Part shown: one piece after another, positions 1 through 11,800 of the stretch | Layout of the letters: each line of letters opens with the position of its first letter | How positions within the stretch are numbered: position 1 is the first letter of the stretch | Assembly: GCA_964199315.1 (NCBI GenBank) | Contig: OZ116698.1 | Coordinates: 12,090,001-12,154,000 of the forward strand | Reading direction: 5' to 3' | Origin: Orbicella franksi | Taxonomy: Eukaryota | Length of the DNA: 64,000 nucleotides | The notes under the pieces: model-generated | Told to the model about the DNA's origin: nothing | Seen by the model: the letters and a program-made list of their open reading frames with translations, nothing else | Database searches by the model: none | Translations under genes and position numbers: made by a program

Positions 1-253
1 CAAAACCGGACAGTTCTTACAATGTCTCTTTTTTTAGTTTGTTGTGAAAACATATTTTCAACAATTAACAAGAGAACTTCTTGTCTAGCAATGGGAGAAA
101 TGCAGATCATATTTAAAAGCAAGCAAACTAGCATGGCCTAATGTTGTCTACTTATGCAGTCACTTAAATCACATTTATCAACCACGCCCTGCACATAGAT
201 TACTCAATCAATCATTGTCATGAAGGAAATTATAATTTGCAGTGGCAACGGAC

Positions 254-3200
254 CTCTTACAGTTGCTGGCATCCAGTCTTCCATTCAACACTGGTAGGAC
301 ATGACTGACTTGACATCCAGATGACACTACTAATGCAGTGGTTTCATCTGCAATGATGTACAGCTTAACATTTTATTACAAGTTCATTAGAATTATTTGA
401 TTCTAAACAAAAAGTGATTTCACAATACAGCAGTTTTCTGACCCAAATTATCAAGTGAACTATGTTGATTAGAATTTTAAGACAGCTGACAAAATTTCCC
501 AGCTCTACCCACTGAGGTGCAGTGGAGGCACTGTGGCCTCATGGTGCACTTGTCACTCGAGTGGTCCAGGTTTAAGTTCTGGCTAAGGACATTTTGTCGT
601 GATCTTGGGCAAGACACTTTACTTTCACAGTGTCTCAGACTCTCTATCCAGGTGTACAAATGGGTAACCCTGCGATGGACTAACTTCCCATCCAGTGGGG
701 AGTAAAAACATTCCTAGACACTTCATGCTACAGAAACTGGGATAAGTGCCAGCCACATGGGCCACTTGAAATGTGTGCAGACTTTACTTTACCTTTACTC
801 ACTGAGTAAATCTGAATTGGGGACAACCTTAAGTTAAAAATGTTGTTTTTCCCATCAAATAGCTCTATCATCTCAGGTACGGAATAACATGCAATGAGAA
901 ATTATTATATGGCTCGTGTTTGTAGCTGATATAACACACACTCTGATTGGCCAATTGTAGGGCATTATTTTGCCGTACTACCCACAGGCCGATTACAGGC
1001 CCGCAAAACCAAAGCAAAAAGCCATATAATAAACAACTTATTAACCTCGAACGTTTGGTCTTTAAGGGAAAATCTCAAACCTCAGCCTTGCTGTATTGAC
1101 CTCGCTATCCCTCAGTCAATATGGCAAGGTCTTGGTTTCAGATTTTCCCGTCAAGCCCTCACTCTTGGTTAGTGAGTAGTTGTTGATATGACTGCTACTA
1201 CAAATTAAAGTAGTCACAGAAACTGAAGTTAATATTTCTCAAGTACACACATTTTATAGCCCTAGTATTTAAAATAACATGCATATGATTTATTAAGCTA
1301 CTGACCTGTAACTGGGAAGTTGTGATATAGACTAAACAGACTGTCAATTCCATAAGCCACACTTGGAACATTGTAACACTCAAACAACAGCTCAGACATG
1401 GCTGAAACAAAAGAAAAACAATAATTAAGTAAAATAATTAATGCATGAAGTAACAGAAATTGTGCAAATTCTAAACTCCTTTATAATGGAAAAAATATAA
1501 ATGTAATCTTTATTAATTTTACATATGAAATACAGATGAGCTCTGACAAGCTCATAATTAAGTGTCCAGACATCAAGATCAAATCAGAGTTTAGAACTTG
1601 TGGGTTGCTGTGGAGGAAGTAAAAGCAGAGAACCTGAAGACAAATCCCCTTGGAGCAAGGAGAGCAGTGACAAACTCAGCCCTTTTACTGCATTTGACAC
1701 TGGGTCCTGGATTCAAGCTGGAGAAACATGGGTAGGAGGTGAGTGCTCACACCACTATGCCACCTCTGACTAATAATATTATAAAGGTGCTGTATTTGAC
1801 ACAGTCGAGTATTTTACTTACATTGTCGGCAGTAGTTAGGGTTACAAACTGGTTCTGTCAGAACAATAGGATGATTGACACTTCCTGGTGTGTTGATTCC
1901 AAGATGACTGAAGATATGATCAAAGACTTGCTCCTGTTTACAAGACAGTACATAATGTAAAGAGTAGTTAGTATTTGCACCAAAAGAAGAACGGTTTAAC
2001 TGTATTAGCAAACAGAAATGAAAATCTGCCTAACTAATTTTTTTAATAAACATAATTTATATGGGTTGTTGAAGAAAAGTATGAAATAAAATTTGAAGTA
2101 TAAAAAGTTGCTGTATATTACTATAGTCAGCACTGTAGCTATCTCTAATTCAGGAGTTTGACGTAAGAGTATACAAGAGCTACATGGAACAAGAAGAGTC
2201 AAATTGATTTTCTCTTATGTTGTACCTGGCACTCATAATGTGTCACCACATCTCTGTCAAATTGAGTCCGCAAGGCCCATCTGACCATCTCAAGGTTCCC
2301 AATATCATTCCCAACAGAGTAACTTGTTCCTGACGCATCACCATCCTGTGATAAATTATGTTACATTGAAAGATAACTTGCATTATTACATGTACAGTGT
2401 ATGTCACCAACCACATATTTACAGCAAGAAGCCTCTTGTCATGACTGCAGAAGGAACAATACCTTTTTTCCTCTTGCCTTTGCTACCAGGTTTCTGAAAA
2501 TTAATCTTGGTTTATTGTCGATTGCCCATCCTGCCCTGCAACAATGACCACCTGGGTTTGTAACAAATACAGGAATGCGTCAGTAACTGCTATTTGACCC
2601 ACATGAAGGCTGGACACAAAGTGCAAGTGCCATCTATTCTACCAGCTACTTGTTAAGTGTTGCTTACAAAATGACTCCATTGGTAACAGAAGATCTGTTA
2701 AAACTAAAAGTAAATTTATCGTCAACTGCAGGGTCAAAGACTTTTCTTTACCTAATATGTTTAATTTTAATAGTTGTTGGTTGGCTACATGATTTAGAAA
2801 TGCATATGCAAGCAAAAATATATGTAAAAGATAAGACAAAATGTGTATCGTGACAATGACACCATGAGGACACCAAAATGTTGGTTCTTATGGTTTCTTT
2901 TTGCTCACATAGCCAAAATGCTAATGGTAATTTATAGGCACCTGATTTCAAGTGGAGTTACAGCCTTTCAAATTTGTTCAAAATCCCATGTTTTATCCAG
3001 TTTTTGACAGGTTTTCCCCAGTCAAGATAACAAAAAAGCTGTTCAAGACTCTATTGACTGCTAAAACGTAGCAGGAAAACCTTCAATGATACACATGTAT
3101 CTAATGGTTCAAATCACACTGACTGGTAAATGAAATTTGCCTTTAATTTTTAAGGAGGTGCCATTTCTGACCCTTCTTTTTCAACTTGGGAAAGAGATGA

Positions 3201-4230
3201 GATGGAACTTATGGTTAATCAGGAAGAACTCACCATTATCGATAATAAGTGGGACAGTGTTATCTCTAATACTTGGTGAATAGTCATAGAAAGAGTCTGG
3301 TGATGTTTCACAGTCTTGAAACCTATATATCTGGGGATCTACCATTGAAAAAAGGTAAATAATAAATAAAGGTAAAGGTAAATAATGCTAAAAAGAAATG
3401 CACAGGTAAAACACAATCACATCAAAATTAGAAGGCTTTTACAAAATACTCTGCATCTGGAAGTCAGAAAATTCTCCATTTATGACCATGAATTTATAGT
3501 GTAATACCAATACAATTACTGAAAACTAACCATAAACAGGCTAAGCAGCATGCCATTCAGGCTATCTATAGCACTTTTCAGGCTAAACAGAGTGCTTTTC
3601 ACGCTAACTGGACATGGCGTATTACACTTGTTTAAAATACTTCCTGGACAAGGAGTATTACAAGCACACTTGGTTTAAACTAATCCATGTCTGGTTAGCA
3701 CTGAATAGCACTCCGGCTATCCTGAAAAATACAAAGATTATATTTGACCTGTTGAAGAATTAGTTCTCAAATCATTATAATGGTAACACGATGTAAAAGG
3801 AAAATTTCTGACGGCCGGACACGATAAAAACGCTGTTAGGTTGCTGTACAAGACAAGACAGAGCGCTGTGCTTATTGTGGAAAACACAAACACCATTCTC
3901 TTTTGATATTTGAACCAGCTCAACTTGTCTTGTTTGCAATCGTGTGAGTATTATAAAGTTCAAGCTTTTAGCTTTACATGGCGAACTTGAAGAACGAATG
4001 CTTTTATACAGAAAATGAAACATATCAGAAATCGAAACGGCTGAATCCAAGGTTTATCTTCAACAATGAAAAAAAGTAAAGATACGCTAGAATCGTGGCC
4101 AGCACGTTTAGACAGCTCTAACACGTTATGGCATATCGAGCTATGTAAAGCTAACCTTTACATTTCAAATAAATAGGACATACGAGCTGTTAAATTATTT
4201 AATTTGAAACTTACCATCATCATCCGCCAT
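254..4230 (-). CDS. ACTR5: Actin-related protein 5 (INO80 complex subunit), 5' part; gene continues beyond the left edge
   Basis: GT-AG exons with consistent phases: 4215-4230, 3234-3338, 2463-2551, 2226-2345, 1822-1933, 1306-1401, 254-347. Spliced protein MADDDDPQIYRF...[16 protein letters not shown]...[10 protein letters not shown]...[63 protein letters not shown]...[27 protein letters not shown] matches the Arp5 N-terminus as I recall it (human [29 protein letters not shown]). Confidence 0.95.
522..797 (+). mobile_element. tRNA-derived SINE-like element (family A), in an ACTR5 intron
   Basis: Head GGAGGCACTGTGGCCTCATGGT, core TCTTGGGCAAGACACTTTACT..CACAGTG..CCAGGTGTACAAATGGGTA, and a (TTTAC)n-type tail. 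Homologous reversed copies lie at 9830-10140, 11539-11837 and about 62240-62358. Confidence 0.75.
901..1183 (+). mobile_element. Non-autonomous element with subterminal inverted repeats and a long terminal hairpin (Crypton- or Helentron-like)
   Basis: TTATTATATGGC (902-913) is the reverse complement of GCCATATAATAA (1021-1032), followed by an imperfect palindrome at about 1035-1182. Confidence 0.65.
1592..1764 (-). mobile_element. Degenerate second SINE-type element (family B) in an ACTR5 intron
   Basis: GAGAACCTGAAGACAAATCCCCTTGGAGCAAGG...CTGGATTCAAGCTGG...GGTAGGAGGTGAGTGCTCACACCACTATGCC resembles a reversed tRNA-head SINE; recognised from memory of similar cnidarian repeats. Confidence 0.45.
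3575..3728. mobile_element. Small foldback/MITE in ACTR5 intron 1
   Basis: Imperfect inverted arms of about 43 bp: TTTTCAGGCTAAACAGAGTGCTTTTCACGCTAACTGGACATGG and CCATGTCTGGTTAGCACTGAATAGCACTCCGGCTATCCTGAAAA. Confidence 0.55.
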
Positions 4231-5894
4231 TTTCCTTTGATGCCCCCTATAAATTTGTACAGCGGAAATAGTTCACAAGTTGTTTCGTCGTATAAGATAA
4301 TCAAAATGTTTCCTACGGATTCTTAAAGTATTTCCTCAGTATCCTGTCAGTCACCGATAATAGTAATGGAAACACTAAACAAAATAATACCCGGTGGCAA
4401 ATCCTTTTCATTCGAGAAGTTGTTATTCATTTTAGTATTTATATATTCCCACCCCACATCTGACCTCTCCCCCCCAAATAACATTTGGGTGGGTAGGTGT
4501 AAGTAGACGAATCCCTTTCCGAGTCCCTTTTCAAGTCCCTTTCCAAGGGAGTAGAAGGTTGCATAGGATAGAAAGGTTTGGGGTGTTGAGTCCTGTTTGC
4601 AGCTTCTGTTTGAGCCTTGCGGGTCTTTTCTCCCGTAAGGTGAGTTTTTGGGGCCATCTCCAAAGACAAAGAAACAAAAACATTAACAACTAACAAAAAA
4701 GCATCTATATGCCGTTTATCATCTACCGTAAGCTAGGAATTCCACAAATAAGAGAAAAACGTACGACGTTTTTATTTTCGTAAAGTGTCTTGACATTTAC
4801 CAAGTTACAACCCCAAGAGAAATTATTTAACTTACAAAAAATTTAATATGGTGAGAACACAAAATCCTCTCGTGTCAACTCGATTCTTCATAGCTTGTAA
4901 ACTTTACATTACACTGAATGGAAAAGAAGGTTAATTACACTGATTTAAGGCCTGTTATTTTCTAAAATAAACAGGGCTCTGTGACACTTACTCAAAAGAC
5001 ATCTTCAGTCCTAAAAAGACAGCGGTGCCGATGACAAAGAAGTATATCATCGCCCTTTTCTTCTTCTAGTTTCATTGAATTATACCGATTTGCGTATGAT
5101 CAATAGAAACCGCCCGGAATTTAAAACCCAGCCGAGATAACATACTGCATTTGAACTGCACGACAAAATCAAGTGACTTTGATGACCGTTAGCACTCGCC
5201 AGCGATCAAATAAGTAAATTCTGTGCAAGAACAGAGTCGGAAGGTAAAACTCGAGATTCAAGTTTGAATAACGTTGTAGGTTTTCCGCTTAAAACAATTA
5301 TAATAGTTTTGAATTTTTTAGTCAAATAAATGAATGTTTAAGATGAAGAAAAAACAATTCCTTCAAATCGAAAGTGCGCATTATCGCTGGTTACTCTTTT
5401 CGATTTCTACCATATATTAAATGTAATAACAAAGTACATTACAAGCCTCAGGTAGACTTCACAATACCGTTATAAACTTTGACAATCTAAGTGGGAGCTC
5501 GTAGATCCCCTAAGAGATGTTCCTAAAATGCAGACAAACGTTGAATAGATTTCGTGTAAACTCAACAACTGCATTTGCTTCTTTTAAAGACGTAGTTGTG
5601 TTTCCGACAAAACAAGAAATGATCCCATCGGCTCTTTAGATTTCTTGGTTCTTACGTCCGAAAACTTCTAAGATGTCCACTGTGGAGATATTCCTACTCA
5701 GCACTTGAAGCTGGTGTAAAGCAAAGTCTCTGTACTCGCGTCACTGCTAGTTAACCTACTGGCTCCAATATGTCCAGTAATTTGCTTTATGAAGTGCAGT
5801 AATAATTGAGCTGAGTTGATGCAAGCCCTGCGTGACCACGCCTTTTGCCATCACGTCACCATGGAAACCGCTAAACCTCAGTTGATCTGGATTA

Positions 5895-8800
5895 TCAAGT
5901 GTCCTTCTGTTGGTGTTTCTTTTGCTCCTGTAGAAGCTGTTGTAGAGGGGACATTCCTTCAGATTGAGGAGTAAAGTCTGAACCCCAGATAGACTGCAAT
6001 ACAAGCATATTTACGCAAGTTACAAGATATGTATCAATACAAGTCTGCCTTGTAGATGTTTTTAATGTCTGATAAGTATGCTGCAATCTTTGGGTCGAGA
6101 AGTGTCTCGTGGCACAACAGTTCACAGCAGTATCAGCAGCTGAACCCGCTTTTGGTTGGCTTGAAGCGAGTTTTTGCCCCGCCTCCTAATGAGCTATTAG
6201 TCAATCGACCGAAGGTTATTACCCCTCCCCTCAGGAATTCAAGTTTCATACGCTAACCGCACCTCGTGAGTCGAACAAGGATAAATCAATCAAAGTCAAA
6301 GAAAAATCTCAGTCTAGAACCATCTCGCAGCTTGCAACAGAACAACGAAGAACACGGTCAACACAAGATTACCTGCAAACCATGTGCTCCAGGACTTGTC
6401 CCACCACTGCCGCTGGCACCTGACGAGTTTGGCGCCCAGACCCCAGAACCCCAGCCACCGCTGAGCCCAAACCCACCAAATGGAGACTGGGATGGAGAGT
6501 TGAAATTTCCTTGCATCGGGGCTGGAGGGAATCCTGTTCCAAAACTGGTAGGTCTGCGGTTCTCTGGAACCGCAGGGGGAGATGGTAAGGTGGGTGGAAA
6601 TACAGAACTGGCTCCTGTGCCTGTCAAGTGATCTGTGGGGGTCACACGGTGATTTGGTGGCTTTGCCACGGGTCTTTGAGATGGTTGTTCTGCGAATGTA
6701 AGAGGCCATTTCCGAGTTACCTTGTGCCGCCGCCGGTTTCAATACCAGTCTTCGTGCAAAATCTTTCATATGAACATGATTTTGATTTGCATAAAAGTCA
6801 ACCTTAAGGCGGAAAACATTTTCAAATGAATGGTTTTCGTACGAAGACTGGTTTTGACCCAGAGGCAAAAGGCAACTCAGAAATGGCCTATTATAACGTC
6901 TTATTTCATCTCATAAGTCTTCTTCATTACCGCACAGCCGAAGAAAATTACGCGGGTGTTAGCGTAATAATAGAAGAGCTTTTTCGATATTTACTACTGC
7001 TTACTATCACCTAGAACATTGAATGAATCGGGGAATGTGCTCTTAATGAAGGTCACAAACTAGGGAAATCAAGAAAGGGAATTAACTCTCCAGTTTCGTC
7101 CGTCTCGGTGATATCCTCAAAATGAATACGCAGTCGAGGCTTGGGAAAAAGCCATAGAGGAACTACGCAAAACATTCAACATATACCTGGGTGGGATAGT
7201 GCTGCAGAGGTGAGGGGTACATTCCATCCTGACTGGAACAGTGAATACTGAGCTACTGTGGAGGGAGAGGGTGGAACCAGTCCTGCCGCAGTGTGGCCAA
7301 CATCTAATGGACCCTTGAACAAGGAACTGTTGGAAACAACACTGAAAATAAGGGATTGTATCTACAACCCCGTGCAATAAATAATTATTTGAAGTCAAGG
7401 TTACGGAAAACAAGATTCACAGCGAACTAAACAAACAAACAAAACCTTTCAATTACAGGCACGTGCATTTCCTACTCTTTGATCATCTTTTTATTGCCCC
7501 AAAAAGACGTCATAAAACCCTAGAATTAACGTTGTGATGACTTGATGAAGACAATCGCAAACAACAGTCGTTCTCTGAATTTCTTTCACGCAGATGATCG
7601 TCAGTGCAAGACAAACTAATGATATTTTCTGGATTCAAACTCTATCTCCTACTTAACCTTTACCAACACAAAGCAAATGAAAATAGCATTGAAAACTTGC
7701 TCCTACCTTGTTTCAGCAAACGGTGTCCCTACCGGTGTTGCCTGAAAACAAACGCAACATTTTAATTTTATTTAACTGTTCAGGCTGTTCTTTTAAAAAC
7801 TGCAAGCACTATAAGATCACCACGACGGTAAGTTGACATTAAATGTCGCTAAAAACTACAGTAACTGTACAAAACACTTTTGTTGATGGTCAATCTTGTT
7901 GTTGTGTTTTCGACGGTACAGTACAACGAATAAATGAAACTCAAGAGGAAATCACGAGGATTGGAAGGATAGCAAAAAAACAGCAAGCCAGGGAAAGCTA
8001 CTACACTCTTACACTACAACGACTTTCTTTACCTTGTTCAGGTTTGGTAAAGAAGCCAGCAACTTTTGTCCTGCAGACTCTAAATCAATGTCTTGAGGTG
8101 ACTTGGGAAACTTTTCTTCCGGCACTGAAATCTATATCAGAACAGAACTGACCAGTGTTATGTCACTGTATATTTATGGATCTTGCTTTATTTTTGCGGA
8201 ACCACTAAGTCTAATAAGTCAGTCTAATAAGAGTGTCATCCTAATTAAAGCAATGTTTCTTTTTCCCAAAATCCAAACTTAGAACTGTGTTTTGCTCTGC
8301 AAACGGTCTGAAGAACTTACAGAACTAAATCTTACCTGTTTCATCTGACTGTTTTCCTACAATAGCCAAGCTACACAATGCAATATATTAGAGAATTCTA
8401 CTGACCAGTTCAAACCAACACGGAGTAGGCTCTCCATGTATGTAACAAGATTTGTAAGTAGACACAAACTGCTGAAATGGAACCCGGCAAAGTCTTGGTT
8501 ACGACCGTTACGATAAAACGATAGAGAGTAAAAACGTAATTGTACCAGAAAACGAAGTGGAATTATGGACAAACAATTTCAAGCCTGGCACACCAACCCA
8601 TACTATATTATGTTTGTCGTGGTTACTGACTAGTATTCTAATGATCTCACTACCTCTTCAATGGGTGATGAAGTGTTTATCTTCAAAGAAAAGTTTGACA
8701 GGCCAGTTGCAAGGTCTTCCACTTTAGTCAAGATACTAAAAATGAACAAAAACAAAGTTATCAAGACAGTAAACATCTAAGACTGGCAAAGATAGCAGAA

Positions 8801-11800
8801 CATCCATACTGGTTCTCACCAAGGAGAGTAGTTCACCAGCCGATTTCCAAATCTGACAAGCCTACCAACTCTGTGCACAGATTCATCATCTGGTCTTGTC
8901 CTCTTCATACTGTAAGTTAGTTTCCTTTGTTATCAAAACAAAAGAAATTAGTTACTTTTCACTGCTCCTCAGTACCCTCCAGATGGAGGATCCCAAAAGG
9001 AACTGTGCAGCATAACACGTTACTGGCAATACAAAGTGTTTTTCTTTTTTTTTAATAACGAAATGCGAAGATCCTGAGTCTTCTTAGAAAGACAAGCATC
9101 CAAATTTACAGGAGTTGATCAACTGGAGTTATTTTAAAACTTTTGCATACCTTTGACTGACTCTAAGAGGAAGAAAGCTCTGAAGCTCCCAGTCTTCATG
9201 AAGAGGAATATCTATGAAACAAGGTCACATAGAGAAACATCAGAACATACTAAATAAATCATGTTGAGAGCTCAGTTGATAATGGAAGCCAATACTGAAT
9301 GTGCATTACAAATGCTGGGTTACACTCAAGAGGAAGGTAATTGCACTGGAATCAAAACTTAAGTGTTTTGCGCTAAGAGCTGATTATAAATAATACCCAT
9401 CCCTTCATATGTATTCCAGGTTTGTGAGAGTTATTAATAATTTCCTAGTTCTATGCATGCATTGTGGGCCTACAACCCCAGATGGCATTCTGTTGCCTGT
9501 TATAAAACAGTCAACTATTGCCAACATTTTCCCAGCTTTTCGACTTACCAATTTTCTCAGGTAGATTAGGGTTTGCCACTTGCAAGAGATTCAATAATGC
9601 TGCAAAGTCCTCCCATATCCTAAAAGAATAAATCACATTAGTACTGCTGAAGCCAGAACTTATATGGTACATATTCTGTCGGAGTGTAAATTCATTTTTT
9701 TTTTAAATCTAGATTATATTCTAGTCTCTCGTTTGATGAATTTTTAGGATTGAGGTGCAACAGGAACACTATTTCTTTAGAGGGTGAAAAGTGTTGCAAT
9801 GCCTGTAAAGGAGACAACTATCTTGAATTAGGTAAAGGTAAGGTCTGCATACAAGCCAAGTGGCCCAGCAGGCCAGCGCTTATCTCCAGTTTCTATGTAG
9901 CATGACGCAACTAGGAGTGTTTCTACTCCCCTCTGGATGAGATGCAAGTACATCACAGGGTTACCTAACCCTCCTCCTCCCCCCCCCCCCCCCCCTCATC
10001 TATACACCTGTGTGGGAGGACGCACTGTGAGAGTAAAGTGTTTTGACCAAGAACACAACAATATGTCCCCAGGCAGTGCTTGAACATAGACCAATCAATC
10101 TGGAGTCAAGAACAATAGTCATGAGGCCAATGTGCCTCCCACAGATACATGTATGTGTAGCTTAATTAAGATTCAAAGAATATCCCCATTCATTGAATCT
10201 TGTTTTAAGTTACAAATTTATAGTCTCTTTGCCTTAGTCTATAGTTTATTCAAAGTACCCTTTCACAAAAAAGGTGTATTACATGTATCCACTTATCTAG
10301 AAAGAAACTACTATTATTTTGTTACTTATCAGATGAATACAGGAGAAGCCCAAATCGTTGTCCTTGCTTCAGCTATAATTACAATTACCAGGCATTAAGA
10401 GAGTGGACCACTCTCTTGACTCACTTAGTTTTCATGAGCACCTCTCCATTCCAAATACTGGGGGATGATCCTGCCATCCACTGACACAGTAGATTGAGCG
10501 CTGGAAGCACGTCACACCCTGGGGCAGAAGACTCTTCCTTTGATGGTTCATTGTCGCAAGCATGCAGTACAAGAGTGTCAAACAACTCCACTGGAAAGCA
10601 AATAACAAAAGGAATGTTTTGTCCAAATTCAAGCTGAGTACATGTAATTCAGTTAACTCTCATTATAGCGGAAACCCTCAGGACCGTCATTTGGTGTTCA
10701 TAATAGAGAGAGTCTGCAATAACAGACTTCTTTGAAGTTTTGGCCAGGGATTTAACTTCTGTTCATAACAGCGGATGTCCATAATATCAGGGTGTCAGCA
10801 AGGTGAGAGTTAACTGTACATGCAATTGCAGTAAGCCTTTAAGTCATGGGCAACATAAAAGTTTGCCTTAAATTAACTAGAGGTCTCTGTGCATACTTTT
10901 TTTGTACAGTACCAGTCAACTGAATGACTTTTAATTAACTCTGACTGTGACTATTTGTCAATGAATATCATGTGGTAAATTCTTTTGACCTAGATGATAG
11001 AGTAGGTTTGGATCTTACAAGGAAAAAATTTGATTTTGATTACTCTTGGAACTTAAAGAGTGGCTAGGAAATAACTTTTTTCCGGTGAAAGTTTGGTAAG
11101 CAGGGCCTTCTATTTTCATTAAGAATACACAAAAAGTCTAACATGTTAGAGAGTGATATTTTGTCTTTCTGGAAATGCAAAATGTAGACCAAAACTAATT
11201 AATTTTTCTTGTACTAAGCAAAAAAACGACAATGACTGTGTACTGTTTTGTCTTGTAAATGACTTACTGTTAAATGTAAAAATCTACTAATCAAATGAAT
11301 ACCTGTAAATTCCAGGGTGAGTTGCCAACACTCCTACAATCAGAAAGGATGCAAAAAATATATACATCGAGAGCAACTCTTTCTTTAGCCATAATCAATA
11401 CATGACTAAAAATAAAGCAGATCTTTAAAGGTAAACAGCAATAATGACATCCATGTTAAAAAGACTACATGACTGTCACACACAGGATATAATATGATCC
11501 AATCAGCTGAAAAATTTTCGCAGCATGTTACTAGAAATGGTAAAGGTAGGTAAAGTCTGGAAATGAGCCAAGTGGCCCATCAGGCCGGCGCTGATCTCTG
11601 GTTTCTGTGGTATGAAGTAACTAGGAGTATTTCTAATCTCCCCCAGATGGGATCATAGTCCATCGCAGGATTACCCCCAGCATTAAATTTGCCGCTACCC
11701 AATTATACACCTGGGTGGAGAGAGACACTGTGAGAGTTAATTTTCTTGCCCAAGAACACAATACGATGTCCCTGGCCAAGACTCAAATCTGGACCACTCA

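Noticed and set aside
6266-6868. ORFs 6314-6868 (184 aa, minus) and 6266-6631 (121 aa, plus)
   Set aside because: These are shadow frames of GC-rich SMG7 exon 24 plus MITE sequence; the true frame is fixed by splice phases and SMG7 motifs.
8956-9022. Possible poison exon in SMG7 intron 18 (AG|67 nt with stop|GTAACT), attractive as NMD autoregulation
   Set aside because: It would leave a downstream intron of only 46 nt, much shorter than any other intron here, and the acceptor is weak.
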